Origin: a virus
Taxonomy: Duplodnaviria; Caudoviricetes
Virus record (IMG/VR): IMGVR_UViG_3300047561_001131
Span: 1-34,495 of that record
Reading direction: 5' to 3' (one strand)
Length of the DNA stretch: 34,495 bases
The notes under the pieces: generated by a model
Databases searched by the model: none
The model's input: only the letters and a program-made list of their open reading frames with translations
Told to the model about the DNA's origin: nothing
Made by a program: the position numbers and the translations under genes
Part shown: one piece after another, positions 9,672 to 17,880 of the stretch
Position numbering within the stretch: position 1 is the stretch's first letter
Layout of the letters: every line of letters begins with the position of its first letter

Positions 9672-10079
9672 ATGCCACTTATTACAGAATTGATGGGCGT
9701 GGGCATGCCAGCGGAATTGGCTTCAGTAATTGCTACTGAAACCCTTACCTCTGCTCCAGTTCTTTCATCCTCTGGATCACTTACGGCAGCTGGTACAAAT
9801 CTTGCTACTGCTCTTGTTTTAACCTCGTTTGTAAACTTGGTTGGAACCGCAGCGGCAAGCACTGGTGTAGCGCTGCCTGTTGAGTGTCCTATCGGTCAGT
9901 GTGTTTATATTGCTAACAACGGAGCCAACAGCATAAAGGTTTATGCTCAAAGCTCTCAGACAATCAATACAAGCATCGCTGGCGCTACTGGAACCACAGT
10001 AACAAACCTTCAAGCTGTTCAGTGTATTCGTCAATCGGCGACTAACTGGATGGTTTTGCTTCACACTAAGGCAACTTAG
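9672..10079 (+). CDS. Virion structural protein
   Basis: A/T/S/G-rich; GVALP...IANNGANSIKVY motif. Confidence 0.6.
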   Translation: MPLITELMGVGMPAELASVIATETLTSAPVLSSSGSLTAAGTNLATALVLTSFVNLVGTAAASTGVALPVECPIGQCVYIANNGANSIKVYAQSSQTINTSIAGATGTTVTNLQAVQCIRQSATNWMVLLHTKAT

Positions 10080-10085
10080 TTTTAC

Positions 10086-10115
10086 GGGGTGGCTTGTACA
10101 GCACCCCAATTTTTT
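10086..10115 (+). terminator. Intrinsic terminator
   Basis: GGGGTG / CACCCC stem followed by TTTTTT. Confidence 0.7.
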
Positions 10116-10124
10116 AGGTGATTT

Positions 10125-10442
10125 ATGACGGCTTATACCGGAAATACCACAACCACCACTCCAACTATTCCAACGGCTACTAGCACGACAGTTCTTGCAG
10201 CTAATCCGTTTAGAAAGTTTCTTCTTATTCAAAACCACTCAGCAGCAGCTATTGGAGTTGGCTTAGAGGGTCAAACCCTTACGGGAGTAAACCCTTCAGC
10301 TACCAATAAGTGTTTTAATTTAGACAGCACCAGTAACGCCAACAGATTGATATTTTTGGATGGATTTATTCCTGGTGGACCTATTACGGTTTATCAAGCC
10401 AGTGGAGCTTCAATTAACACTATTACGGTTATTGAGGGTTAG
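10125..10442 (+). CDS. Small beta-sandwich virion protein
   Basis: VLAANPFRKFLLIQN motif common in small phage structural proteins. Confidence 0.6.
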   Translation: MTAYTGNTTTTTPTIPTATSTTVLAANPFRKFLLIQNHSAAAIGVGLEGQTLTGVNPSATNKCFNLDSTSNANRLIFLDGFIPGGPITVYQASGASINTITVIEG

Positions 10443-10480
10443 TGCTATAAGGTATTTACGCATTTTTGCGTAATATTACG
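10423..10480 (+). promoter_or_regulatory. Candidate promoter with overlapping palindromes
   Basis: TTACGG-17-TATAAG with TG extension; inverted repeat TTACGCA-4-TGCGTAA (10456-10473) and palindrome CGTAATATTACG (10469-10480). Confidence 0.4.
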
Positions 10481-10488
10481 GAGATTAT

Positions 10489-11169
10489 ATGGCACAGATA
10501 GACTGGCAGTCGATCATGTCGGGGAATTCGCAGCCAAAGAAACGATACTCTGGCGCTAACGTTAAGTTCTTTTTCGCTTACAACGAGAACCGTGAAAAGT
10601 CATTGAAGGAGGGTCGTCCAATTTTTGACGAGATCCCATCCATTTCAATTCAATGGCCTGGCATGGACGAGACAGTTCGACGGATTGAGCCACAGGACAT
10701 TCACGATTACCCTGAGCTGTACGCTCGTTTTAAGGCTGGTAGCGAGCCTGTAGTCGAAGGAACTCCGCTGGCTGAATGGCCGATGATGTCTGGTTCTGCG
10801 ATGCGTGAGCTTCAGTACCTTGGCTTTAAGACGGTAGAGCAGTTGGCTGCAGCTAACGATGAGATTAAACGCAAACTTGGACCCTTGTCTAAGTTCTGCA
10901 AATTAGCACAAGATTGGATAGACGCAGCAAAGTCCGACCAGAACGAGGTCGTGAAGTTACGACAGCTCTTGGATCGGGAAACAACTCGTCGTGAGCAGCT
11001 TGAGCATAAACTTGAGCTTTTCATGCAACGTGTAGAAGCCAACGAGGGAATTGACCTTCGTGCCGAGAGAAAGGGGGTGATCCAATCTGTTCCAGATGAA
11101 GCCCTAGAAGAAGGCATTATTGAGGCTCAGGACGAAAGTCCACGACGAGGTAGACCAAGGAAAGTATGA
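10489..11169 (+). CDS. Conserved phage protein (between head and adaptor genes)
   Basis: EGRPIF...GTPLAEWP...LGFKTVEQLA followed by coiled coil and RRGRPRK tail; GGAG RBS. Confidence 0.7.
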   Translation: MAQIDWQSIMSGNSQPKKRYSGANVKFFFAYNENREKSLKEGRPIFDEIPSISIQWPGMDETVRRIEPQDIHDYPELYARFKAGSEPVVEGTPLAEWPMMSGSAMRELQYLGFKTVEQLAAANDEIKRKLGPLSKFCKLAQDWIDAAKSDQNEVVKLRQLLDRETTRREQLEHKLELFMQRVEANEGIDLRAERKGVIQSVPDEALEEGIIEAQDESPRRGRPRKV

Positions 11170-12029
11170 CGATAGCCACGGTTATTACGAACGTTGCAAA
11201 TGAGGCTGGATACACGGTTGAATCCAACATCCTTACGTCTAATGAGACGACTACAAAGCAGCTCTTAGCGATTGCACAACGTATTAACCGTGACATCTTT
11301 GAGGCTTACCCTTGGCCTAAATGTTACGCTTCAGGGTCAATCACGCTGGTAGCTAATACGGCAACGTACGAGTTACCAGCGGCCTTTTCATGGTACCAGT
11401 ACGAAACCTTTTGGAATTCATCGACTCGTTGGAGACTCTTAGGACCAATGAGCGAGCAGGATTACGCCGATATAAGAGGTTTCCAACTTAACCCTACCAT
11501 TTATCAGCGATTCCAAATTCGGGGACTCAGCAACAATCAGCTCCTTATTAGTCCAACCCCAGGTGCTAACTATGACGGTGATGTAATCATATTTGAGTAT
11601 ATCGCTGACAGAAGTGTGCGTCCTCGCCAGTGGGCAACAGCAACATCATTTGCTGCTGGCTCTTACTGCTTTAACAACGGGAACTACTACCAGACGACAG
11701 CAGGAGGGACGACAGGTGCTACAGTTCCTACACATACTACAGGCACTGTATCGGATGGCGGCGTTGATTGGACCTATTATAACGGTGCTTATAATACTTT
11801 TCTTGCTGACACTGACGTAAGCATATTTAACGAGAAACTGCTTGAGCAGGGTATCCTTGAACGGTTTGCTGAAATTCACGGACTGGAAGGTGTTAAGCCA
11901 CGCTTTGATATTCAGCTTCATGAAGAATTTAGTCGTGACCAAGTTGGCAAAGTGATATTTGCTGGTGGCACTACACGACCTAATTTGTTCGCTCGTGACG
12001 GTGTAGCAGTGTTTGGAACATGGATTTAG
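11166..12029 (+). CDS. Head-tail adaptor (podovirus tail tubular A / gp4-like) with carbohydrate-binding-like insert
   Basis: N-terminal helices, PW, ITLVANTATYELP, ISPTP, FEY, D.D.SIF.E.LL..G pattern. Confidence 0.7.
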   Translation: MTIATVITNVANEAGYTVESNILTSNETTTKQLLAIAQRINRDIFEAYPWPKCYASGSITLVANTATYELPAAFSWYQYETFWNSSTRWRLLGPMSEQDYADIRGFQLNPTIYQRFQIRGLSNNQLLISPTPGANYDGDVIIFEYIADRSVRPRQWATATSFAAGSYCFNNGNYYQTTAGGTTGATVPTHTTGTVSDGGVDWTYYNGAYNTFLADTDVSIFNEKLLEQGILERFAEIHGLEGVKPRFDIQLHEEFSRDQVGKVIFAGGTTRPNLFARDGVAVFGTWI

Positions 12030-12030
12030 T

Positions 12031-13563
12031 ATGGCAGGACAAGAACCAGCATTAGCACAAAGCGACCCTAAAGCTTACTACCTCTGGCTCCAGACTCAGG
12101 GCTTGTCTCCACTGCAAGCTGTTCAACAAGTTCAGCAACGTTTTGGCGCTCCTAAAACACCTGAACAACAGCAGAAAGAAGCCGCTGACAAAGCGCAAGG
12201 CAACGCTCTAGCTCAAGCTGGTGGAGTAGTTGCTGGCGCTATTGCCGGACGGTTTATATACAATAAAATTGATGGTTGGGTTGATAAATTAACTGGCGCT
12301 AAAGTAGGCGAAGAAACGGTTAAGCAAGCGGCACAGCAAACCGGCCAATCGCTTTCAACTACCGCTCAAACAGCTACCGGAGCAACACAGGGCACAACAT
12401 CTGGCATTGATGCGTTTAACAAAAACTTTACGCCAGTAAATCCTGGTGCTCTTCCTGCTGGTCAGCAAGTACCTGAAGGCATGACCGCTATTCGCAGTAA
12501 CGTCGATGGGACCGTTCAGGTAGTTCCAACCGAAAGTCTTAATGACCCTGGCTTCATGAGTTCTGTAAATTGGAACGCTGTCGCTACTGGCGCTGTAGCA
12601 TTATTAAATGCTTATCAAGCTTATAAGGCTTATCAATCTGGTGATAACCTTGGCGCTGGCATTGCTGCTGGAGGTGCTATTACTGGAGGCGCTGCCGCTG
12701 CTAATATGGCTGGCGCTTCTTTTGCAGGATCGGAAACGCTTGGCGCTGCTGCTCCGATATTTGGAGCTGCAGCTGGAGCATATCAAGGATACAAAACGGC
12801 TGAAATGATTGGTAGCACCGCTGCTGGTGCACAAAGAAATAGAAATGCCGCTTTGGGTGGAGCAGCTGCTGGAGCTTCCATTGGAACAGCTATTTTACCA
12901 GGAATAGGTACAGCTATTGGAGCTGCTGTTGGAGGGCTTGCTGGCGCAGTTGGATCTTGGACTGGCTCTAAAAAAGGTAAAGCGCAATTCATGCGTGACA
13001 ACATCCGTGGAGTTTTGCAGGAAGGTGGAGTCCTTGACCAAGATTTTAAGGGAACGCTTGCCGACGGATCTCAGTACGATTTTGGCAAAGATGGTTCCAC
13101 GTTAAAGTGGAAAGAAATTGATAAAATCTCTTCAAAACAACCAGCGGCATGGAACGCTGCTGTTCCACTTACAGACGCATTAGCTACTGCATACGGCTTC
13201 GTAGGTCAGAAGGCTTCTGATATTTCTGCTTGGTATGCTAAGGGTGCTGTAAGCAATGCTGGCGACGATGTTGCTACTGCCATTAAAAACGCTCAGCACT
13301 TTGCTCAACAGCAGGGTATTACGTTTGAGCAAATCAAAGCTAAGTTGGATGAGGCAATGAAGGATAATCGTATCAATCAAAGCCAATACGATTACTATCT
13401 TGGCGGCGCTCGTCAACTGACTGCTGGCATTAAGGGTGGACCACAAACAAGACCACCTGCGCCTATGGGACCGCCACAGCAAATGCCGCAACAGCCTCAG
13501 CAGGAAGAGGGCAAAAAGAAATCGATTAGAGACGTTCTCCAACAAAACATGGGTAAAAAGTAG
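12031..13563 (+). CDS. Putative ejection / internal virion protein with glycine-zipper helices
   Basis: Long G/A-rich hydrophobic tract (GAAAGASIGTAILPGIGTAIGAAVGGLAG); ATG at 12031 preferred. Confidence 0.6.
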   Translation: MAGQEPALAQSDPKAYYLWLQTQGLSPLQAVQQVQQRFGAPKTPEQQQKEAADKAQGNALAQAGGVVAGAIAGRFIYNKIDGWVDKLTGAKVGEETVKQAAQQTGQSLSTTAQTATGATQGTTSGIDAFNKNFTPVNPGALPAGQQVPEGMTAIRSNVDGTVQVVPTESLNDPGFMSSVNWNAVATGAVALLNAYQAYKAYQSGDNLGAGIAAGGAITGGAAAANMAGASFAGSETLGAAAPIFGAAAGAYQGYKTAEMIGSTAAGAQRNRNAALGGAAAGASIGTAILPGIGTAIGAAVGGLAGAVGSWTGSKKGKAQFMRDNIRGVLQEGGVLDQDFKGTLADGSQYDFGKDGSTLKWKEIDKISSKQPAAWNAAVPLTDALATAYGFVGQKASDISAWYAKGAVSNAGDDVATAIKNAQHFAQQQGITFEQIKAKLDEAMKDNRINQSQYDYYLGGARQLTAGIKGGPQTRPPAPMGPPQQMPQQPQQEEGKKKSIRDVLQQNMGKK

Positions 13564-13569
13564 GGTTTT

Positions 13570-14223
13570 ATGGCACGAAAAACAGCAATGGGAAAAGAGC
13601 CTGGCAACGTTAGTATTGCTTTGCCACAGTCTGAAAAAGATAGGCTGCGAGGTGGTGGACGACGTATGCCTGGCAAGCCACGACCAATGGACGACAAGGG
13701 TAACTTTACCGATAAGCAATCTCTTGATCGTGTATCTCCTGGTGTTTACCGAAACAGCCAAGGCAAGCTAGTAGGTTCCAAGGGACAAGCACTTCCTAAG
13801 CCATCACCTATTCAAAACGCTTTGCAGGGTGCAGCACAATCCGCTAATCAACAAGGTGGTATGTTGGCTGGAATGGAAGGTGGCAGGATGCCAGCCGGAC
13901 GGCCAGGACAGCAGATGTCGCAGCAAGAAGTTGACGCTGGGATGCAAGCTCAAAACTTGGCTAATTCCTTTATGGAGCAATATCCAAGTCAGATTCAATC
14001 TGGATACCTTAGAGCGCCGCAAGGACAAGCCCCAATGCAAATGCAAGATTTTAGATATGGATCTCCGCAAGGGCAGCAGGGACAGATTCAGGATTTGATG
14101 TATCGTTATCCGCCTGGACAAGCTCCTAATATTCAAGCTTTGTTTAATTACGGCCAACGACAACAGGAGCAACAGCAACAACCAAATTCAGTATCAGGAT
14201 TGCTTCAGCGACGGTTTAAATAA
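13570..14223 (+). CDS. Low-complexity Q/G/P/M-rich protein
   Basis: 217-aa ORF coupled to the next gene; probably disordered. Confidence 0.6.
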   Translation: MARKTAMGKEPGNVSIALPQSEKDRLRGGGRRMPGKPRPMDDKGNFTDKQSLDRVSPGVYRNSQGKLVGSKGQALPKPSPIQNALQGAAQSANQQGGMLAGMEGGRMPAGRPGQQMSQQEVDAGMQAQNLANSFMEQYPSQIQSGYLRAPQGQAPMQMQDFRYGSPQGQQGQIQDLMYRYPPGQAPNIQALFNYGQRQQEQQQQPNSVSGLLQRRFK

Positions 14224-15815
14224 TGGCCTTTCAGGGATTTACAATGCCACCTCCTTATGGAGGGTTGGACCTAGTAAGTCCAATAGATAACATGGAGCCA
14301 ACGTTTGCTCTGGAACTCGTTAATGTGTTTCCAGGTGCAAACGCTCCAACCGTTCGTCTTGGCTACGAGCAGTTTGCCGATATAGGTACTGCTACGCCTA
14401 TTGTAACCCTGACATCACTACAGCTTAAAGATGCCACTACGCAGCTTATAGCGGCCACTGACAGCGATATTTACAAGATAACGACTGGCGGTGTGTCTAC
14501 GTCAATTAAGGGCGCTACGACCGTTACAGACGGTGAGTTCCAAACCATTACTTATGGTAATAACCTTTACCTGTGTAACGGATTAGACAACGCCAAGGTT
14601 TATACCGGCACTGGTAACGTTATCGACGTCACATTCACTGGCGTCACAATTGCTGACCTTATTAACGTTACTGCTTATAAAGAGCGATTATACTTTGTAG
14701 AGCAAAACACAGCTAAGGTTTGGTATGGCGGTTTGCAGGTAACTGGAACTGCTGGCTCTCCTGCCCTGACATCCTTTGACTTCCAGTACGTCTTTACCAA
14801 GGGTGGCTACCTTGTCGGGATTGGCAGCTTTAGCACCAATACCAGCATGACCAGCCAGGACTACTTTTGGGCGTGTAGCAGCGAAGGCGAGATAGTTTTC
14901 TACAATGGTACCTATGCTGGCGACCCTACATCCTGGGCGTTGGTAGCTCGGTATTACATCGGACGACCTCTTGGATACAGAGGGTTTATCCGAATCAACA
15001 ATGATGTATGGGTTATAACCGAGCAGGGAATTGTCCCAATTTCTGGCTTATTTATGTCAGACCCTGAAGCGGCGGTGCAAATCGTTAGCTACAAGGTAAA
15101 CCCGCTTATCTCGGAATATGCAGCCATATCCCCATTTGATCATCAGTGGTCAGGCTTTTTTTGGCCGCAAGGACGCAGGGTTTATATTAGCATACCTACG
15201 ACTGGTAACTCCTGCCGTTTTTTAGTGTACAGCATTGATACTAAGGGTTGGACACAGTTTCAGCTCTACAACGATGAACACGCTTTCAGTAGTTGTCTCT
15301 TCAACCAGAAGCCGTATTACGCATCTGCAACGGGTATTGTGTGGAAGGGTGAGACAGGTCAGGCAGATGCTGTAACGGCGACTGATAGCCAAGCCATAGC
15401 CTATAGTGGCCGGTCAGCGTTTAGCTTTTATGGCAGCCGGTCTAACTACAAGGCGTTTAAGGATATTCGACCAATCCTCAAGGTAAAGCGTGGCGTAACC
15501 CTAAACATTGGGTTGGACACTGACTTTAGGCGAGCGCCAACGGTAACGGCAGTATCAACCGCCAGTGGAGTATTTACGCCTTGGGGTAGTCCTTGGGGTG
15601 TTGCTCCAGGAACTACATTGCCAATAGCACCATTTACGCCAGTGCCAGCGGTAACACCGCCACCCTGGTCAGCCGAGGTGGAATACGTCTTTGACCGATA
15701 CGCCACTAAGGGTCAAGGTCATTGTGCCGCTGTACGATTTGGCGGTTCACTAAAGAACTCAACTATGCAGATACTAGGATTCGAGGTCCGATACGATATG
15801 GGTGGACAGGTATAA
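14223..15815 (+). CDS. Tail stabilisation / nozzle protein (P22 gp10-like beta-propeller)
   Basis: PPPYGGL, NVFP....VRLG, NGLD, YKERLYF, SSEGEIVFY.G, TKGWTQF motifs. Confidence 0.8.
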   Translation: MAFQGFTMPPPYGGLDLVSPIDNMEPTFALELVNVFPGANAPTVRLGYEQFADIGTATPIVTLTSLQLKDATTQLIAATDSDIYKITTGGVSTSIKGATTVTDGEFQTITYGNNLYLCNGLDNAKVYTGTGNVIDVTFTGVTIADLINVTAYKERLYFVEQNTAKVWYGGLQVTGTAGSPALTSFDFQYVFTKGGYLVGIGSFSTNTSMTSQDYFWACSSEGEIVFYNGTYAGDPTSWALVARYYIGRPLGYRGFIRINNDVWVITEQGIVPISGLFMSDPEAAVQIVSYKVNPLISEYAAISPFDHQWSGFFWPQGRRVYISIPTTGNSCRFLVYSIDTKGWTQFQLYNDEHAFSSCLFNQKPYYASATGIVWKGETGQADAVTATDSQAIAYSGRSAFSFYGSRSNYKAFKDIRPILKVKRGVTLNIGLDTDFRRAPTVTAVSTASGVFTPWGSPWGVAPGTTLPIAPFTPVPAVTPPPWSAEVEYVFDRYATKGQGHCAAVRFGGSLKNSTMQILGFEVRYDMGGQV

Positions 15816-15817
15816 CT

Positions 15818-16756
15818 ATGGCACAAGCACAAAACAGACAAAACCGTGGAGCTATGGCTAACGACCCTAAGACACCTAAAACCTCTAAGCGAGGCAACTG
15901 GCAGTTTAATGGTCAGTGGGTAGACAAGGAAGGTTACAAGGTTGATGGTTACGGCAAACGGCTTGGTAATCAAGCTAAGCCTTACGTCCCTGCTAACAAG
16001 AATCCGTTTGCTCCTAAGACATCGACTCCTACCACACAAGGACCAGCAGCTCCTACCGCACAGCAAAACATCCAAACTGGTATGCAAGGTTTAGTGCAAG
16101 AAGGCATAGACTACGCACAAGGGTTTGATCCTAACACCTTCCAGCAGCAGTATGAGCCTCAGTTTGAGCAAGGTATGCAACGAGCTTACGACACTGTTTA
16201 CAACCAGTTTGAGCGCAAGAACCAAGAGCAATTTGCAAGACAGAACGAACAATTACAGCAAAGCCTTGTAGAGCGTGGATTAGATCCTAACTCTCCTGCT
16301 TATCAAGCGCTTACTAAGCAACTGGCAGAGCAACAAGGGTCAGCTCGTCAGGATGCTCAAACCGCAGCATGGCAAGCAGCACAAGGTTATCAGCAGCAAG
16401 GGTTTACTCAAGCCACCGGCAGTGCTCTCTTGCCTGGGCAAGTTGCTAGTCCTTACCTTGAGCTTTACGGCCAAGGACAACAGTTGCAGTTTACTGGCTC
16501 TGAGGCTGACAAACAGCGTCAATGGCAAGCACGTCAAAATCAACTTGAAATGCAAAATCGTCTTAAAATTTCTCAAAAACAAGGCGGTGGCGGTGGCGGC
16601 GGCAATTCCGCTGAAGCTGCATTGGCTGCTTACACAATGGGGCAATACAGTAATCAAGGACAGAACAGTGGACAATCTACTGGTAACGCAGCTGTAACCG
16701 GAGCGACACAAGGTGTAACTCAAGGAATTGTTGGTAGACTTAATCGACCGAGCTAA
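15818..16756 (+). CDS. Putative DNA-transfer (ejection) protein
   Basis: Q/G-rich; LQQSLVERGLDPNSPAYQ motif; ATG at 15818 preferred. Confidence 0.6.
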   Translation: MAQAQNRQNRGAMANDPKTPKTSKRGNWQFNGQWVDKEGYKVDGYGKRLGNQAKPYVPANKNPFAPKTSTPTTQGPAAPTAQQNIQTGMQGLVQEGIDYAQGFDPNTFQQQYEPQFEQGMQRAYDTVYNQFERKNQEQFARQNEQLQQSLVERGLDPNSPAYQALTKQLAEQQGSARQDAQTAAWQAAQGYQQQGFTQATGSALLPGQVASPYLELYGQGQQLQFTGSEADKQRQWQARQNQLEMQNRLKISQKQGGGGGGGNSAEAALAAYTMGQYSNQGQNSGQSTGNAAVTGATQGVTQGIVGRLNRPS

Positions 16757-16758
16757 CT

Positions 16759-17880
16759 ATGGCAGATGAACTTACTAACGCATTAGCTGGATTACAGTAT
16801 ACGCCACTGGATACTGGTTGGGGCATTGGCGCTCAGGGCGTAGCACAAGCACTTCCTGCACTAATTAATCCATATTCCAGTCCAATGCAAAACCTTGGCG
16901 TCACCCTCGGTGGTGCGTTAGTAGCGTCCTTGCTTGGATACCAGGCACAAAAAGAATCGTTTAACCTTGGATTGCAGACACAGCAATACGCTAATAAAAT
17001 GTCAGCTCTTACTACGCCAGAAGCTCGCACGGATTTCTTGGCAGCTCTCCCAAGTGAAGCAATAAGCTCGGGTGTAGGCGGCAGACTTAGTGCCTTGTCT
17101 CGTGCGTTGGGAACAAGTGAAACAGAACAGCGAATAGCAAGGGCCGCAAAACTTGCAGACCTTACAACCGCTGCTGAGTTTAAGTTAGGTGGCTTAGGCC
17201 AGAAGCTAGAAGAACAAGATTTACGCAAGGCTGCTTTGCTGGCTGGCATACAAGCTGGAAATATACCGACAGGATATGCAGACTTGTTTGCTGCTAAACC
17301 ATCTGTCGATCTTTCAGTATTAGATACGCTTAACGTTGACCCAGCAGCTAAAGAATATATTAAGACTTTGCCGCCTGCTGAACAGAAAGAGCAGATAAGC
17401 AAGTTAGTTCAAACTAAGGCAACGCAAGAAGGGTCTGAAGTTGCCAAGGCTCAAAAGGCTGCATTTGAAACAGTAAAGGATTTAGAGAAAACCTTTCGTG
17501 ACTTAGACGTAAATGCGGTAGAGCTAAAAACAAGGTCTGCTATCCCAGGAGATCCGGTTGAGTTGGCAATGAGTAAGCTTAAAGGCTCATTAGCACAGCT
17601 TGCTCGTGTGTCAGGTCAACAATCTCAGTTAAGCAACGTAGATCTTGACCAGCAGCTTGCTTCAGTTATCGGCCCACAGTTGCCAATGGGCATGGGAGGA
17701 ATATCTGGAAGCAACTCTATAGCGGATCGAATCAAGGCTAAACTTGAAATGGGCAAGCGACAACTTGCTACAACGACAGACACTGCACCTTCAGATGATG
17801 CAGCAAAGAAAGCTAGAGCGGCGCAGTTACGCAAAGAAATAGATGAGCTTAAAGCGTTGTTAGCTCAAAGGAATCAATAA
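16759..17880 (+). CDS. Putative ejection protein
   Basis: Helical A/L-rich protein with N-terminal hydrophobic segments, in the ejection gene position. Confidence 0.55.
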   Translation: MADELTNALAGLQYTPLDTGWGIGAQGVAQALPALINPYSSPMQNLGVTLGGALVASLLGYQAQKESFNLGLQTQQYANKMSALTTPEARTDFLAALPSEAISSGVGGRLSALSRALGTSETEQRIARAAKLADLTTAAEFKLGGLGQKLEEQDLRKAALLAGIQAGNIPTGYADLFAAKPSVDLSVLDTLNVDPAAKEYIKTLPPAEQKEQISKLVQTKATQEGSEVAKAQKAAFETVKDLEKTFRDLDVNAVELKTRSAIPGDPVELAMSKLKGSLAQLARVSGQQSQLSNVDLDQQLASVIGPQLPMGMGGISGSNSIADRIKAKLEMGKRQLATTTDTAPSDDAAKKARAAQLRKEIDELKALLAQRNQ

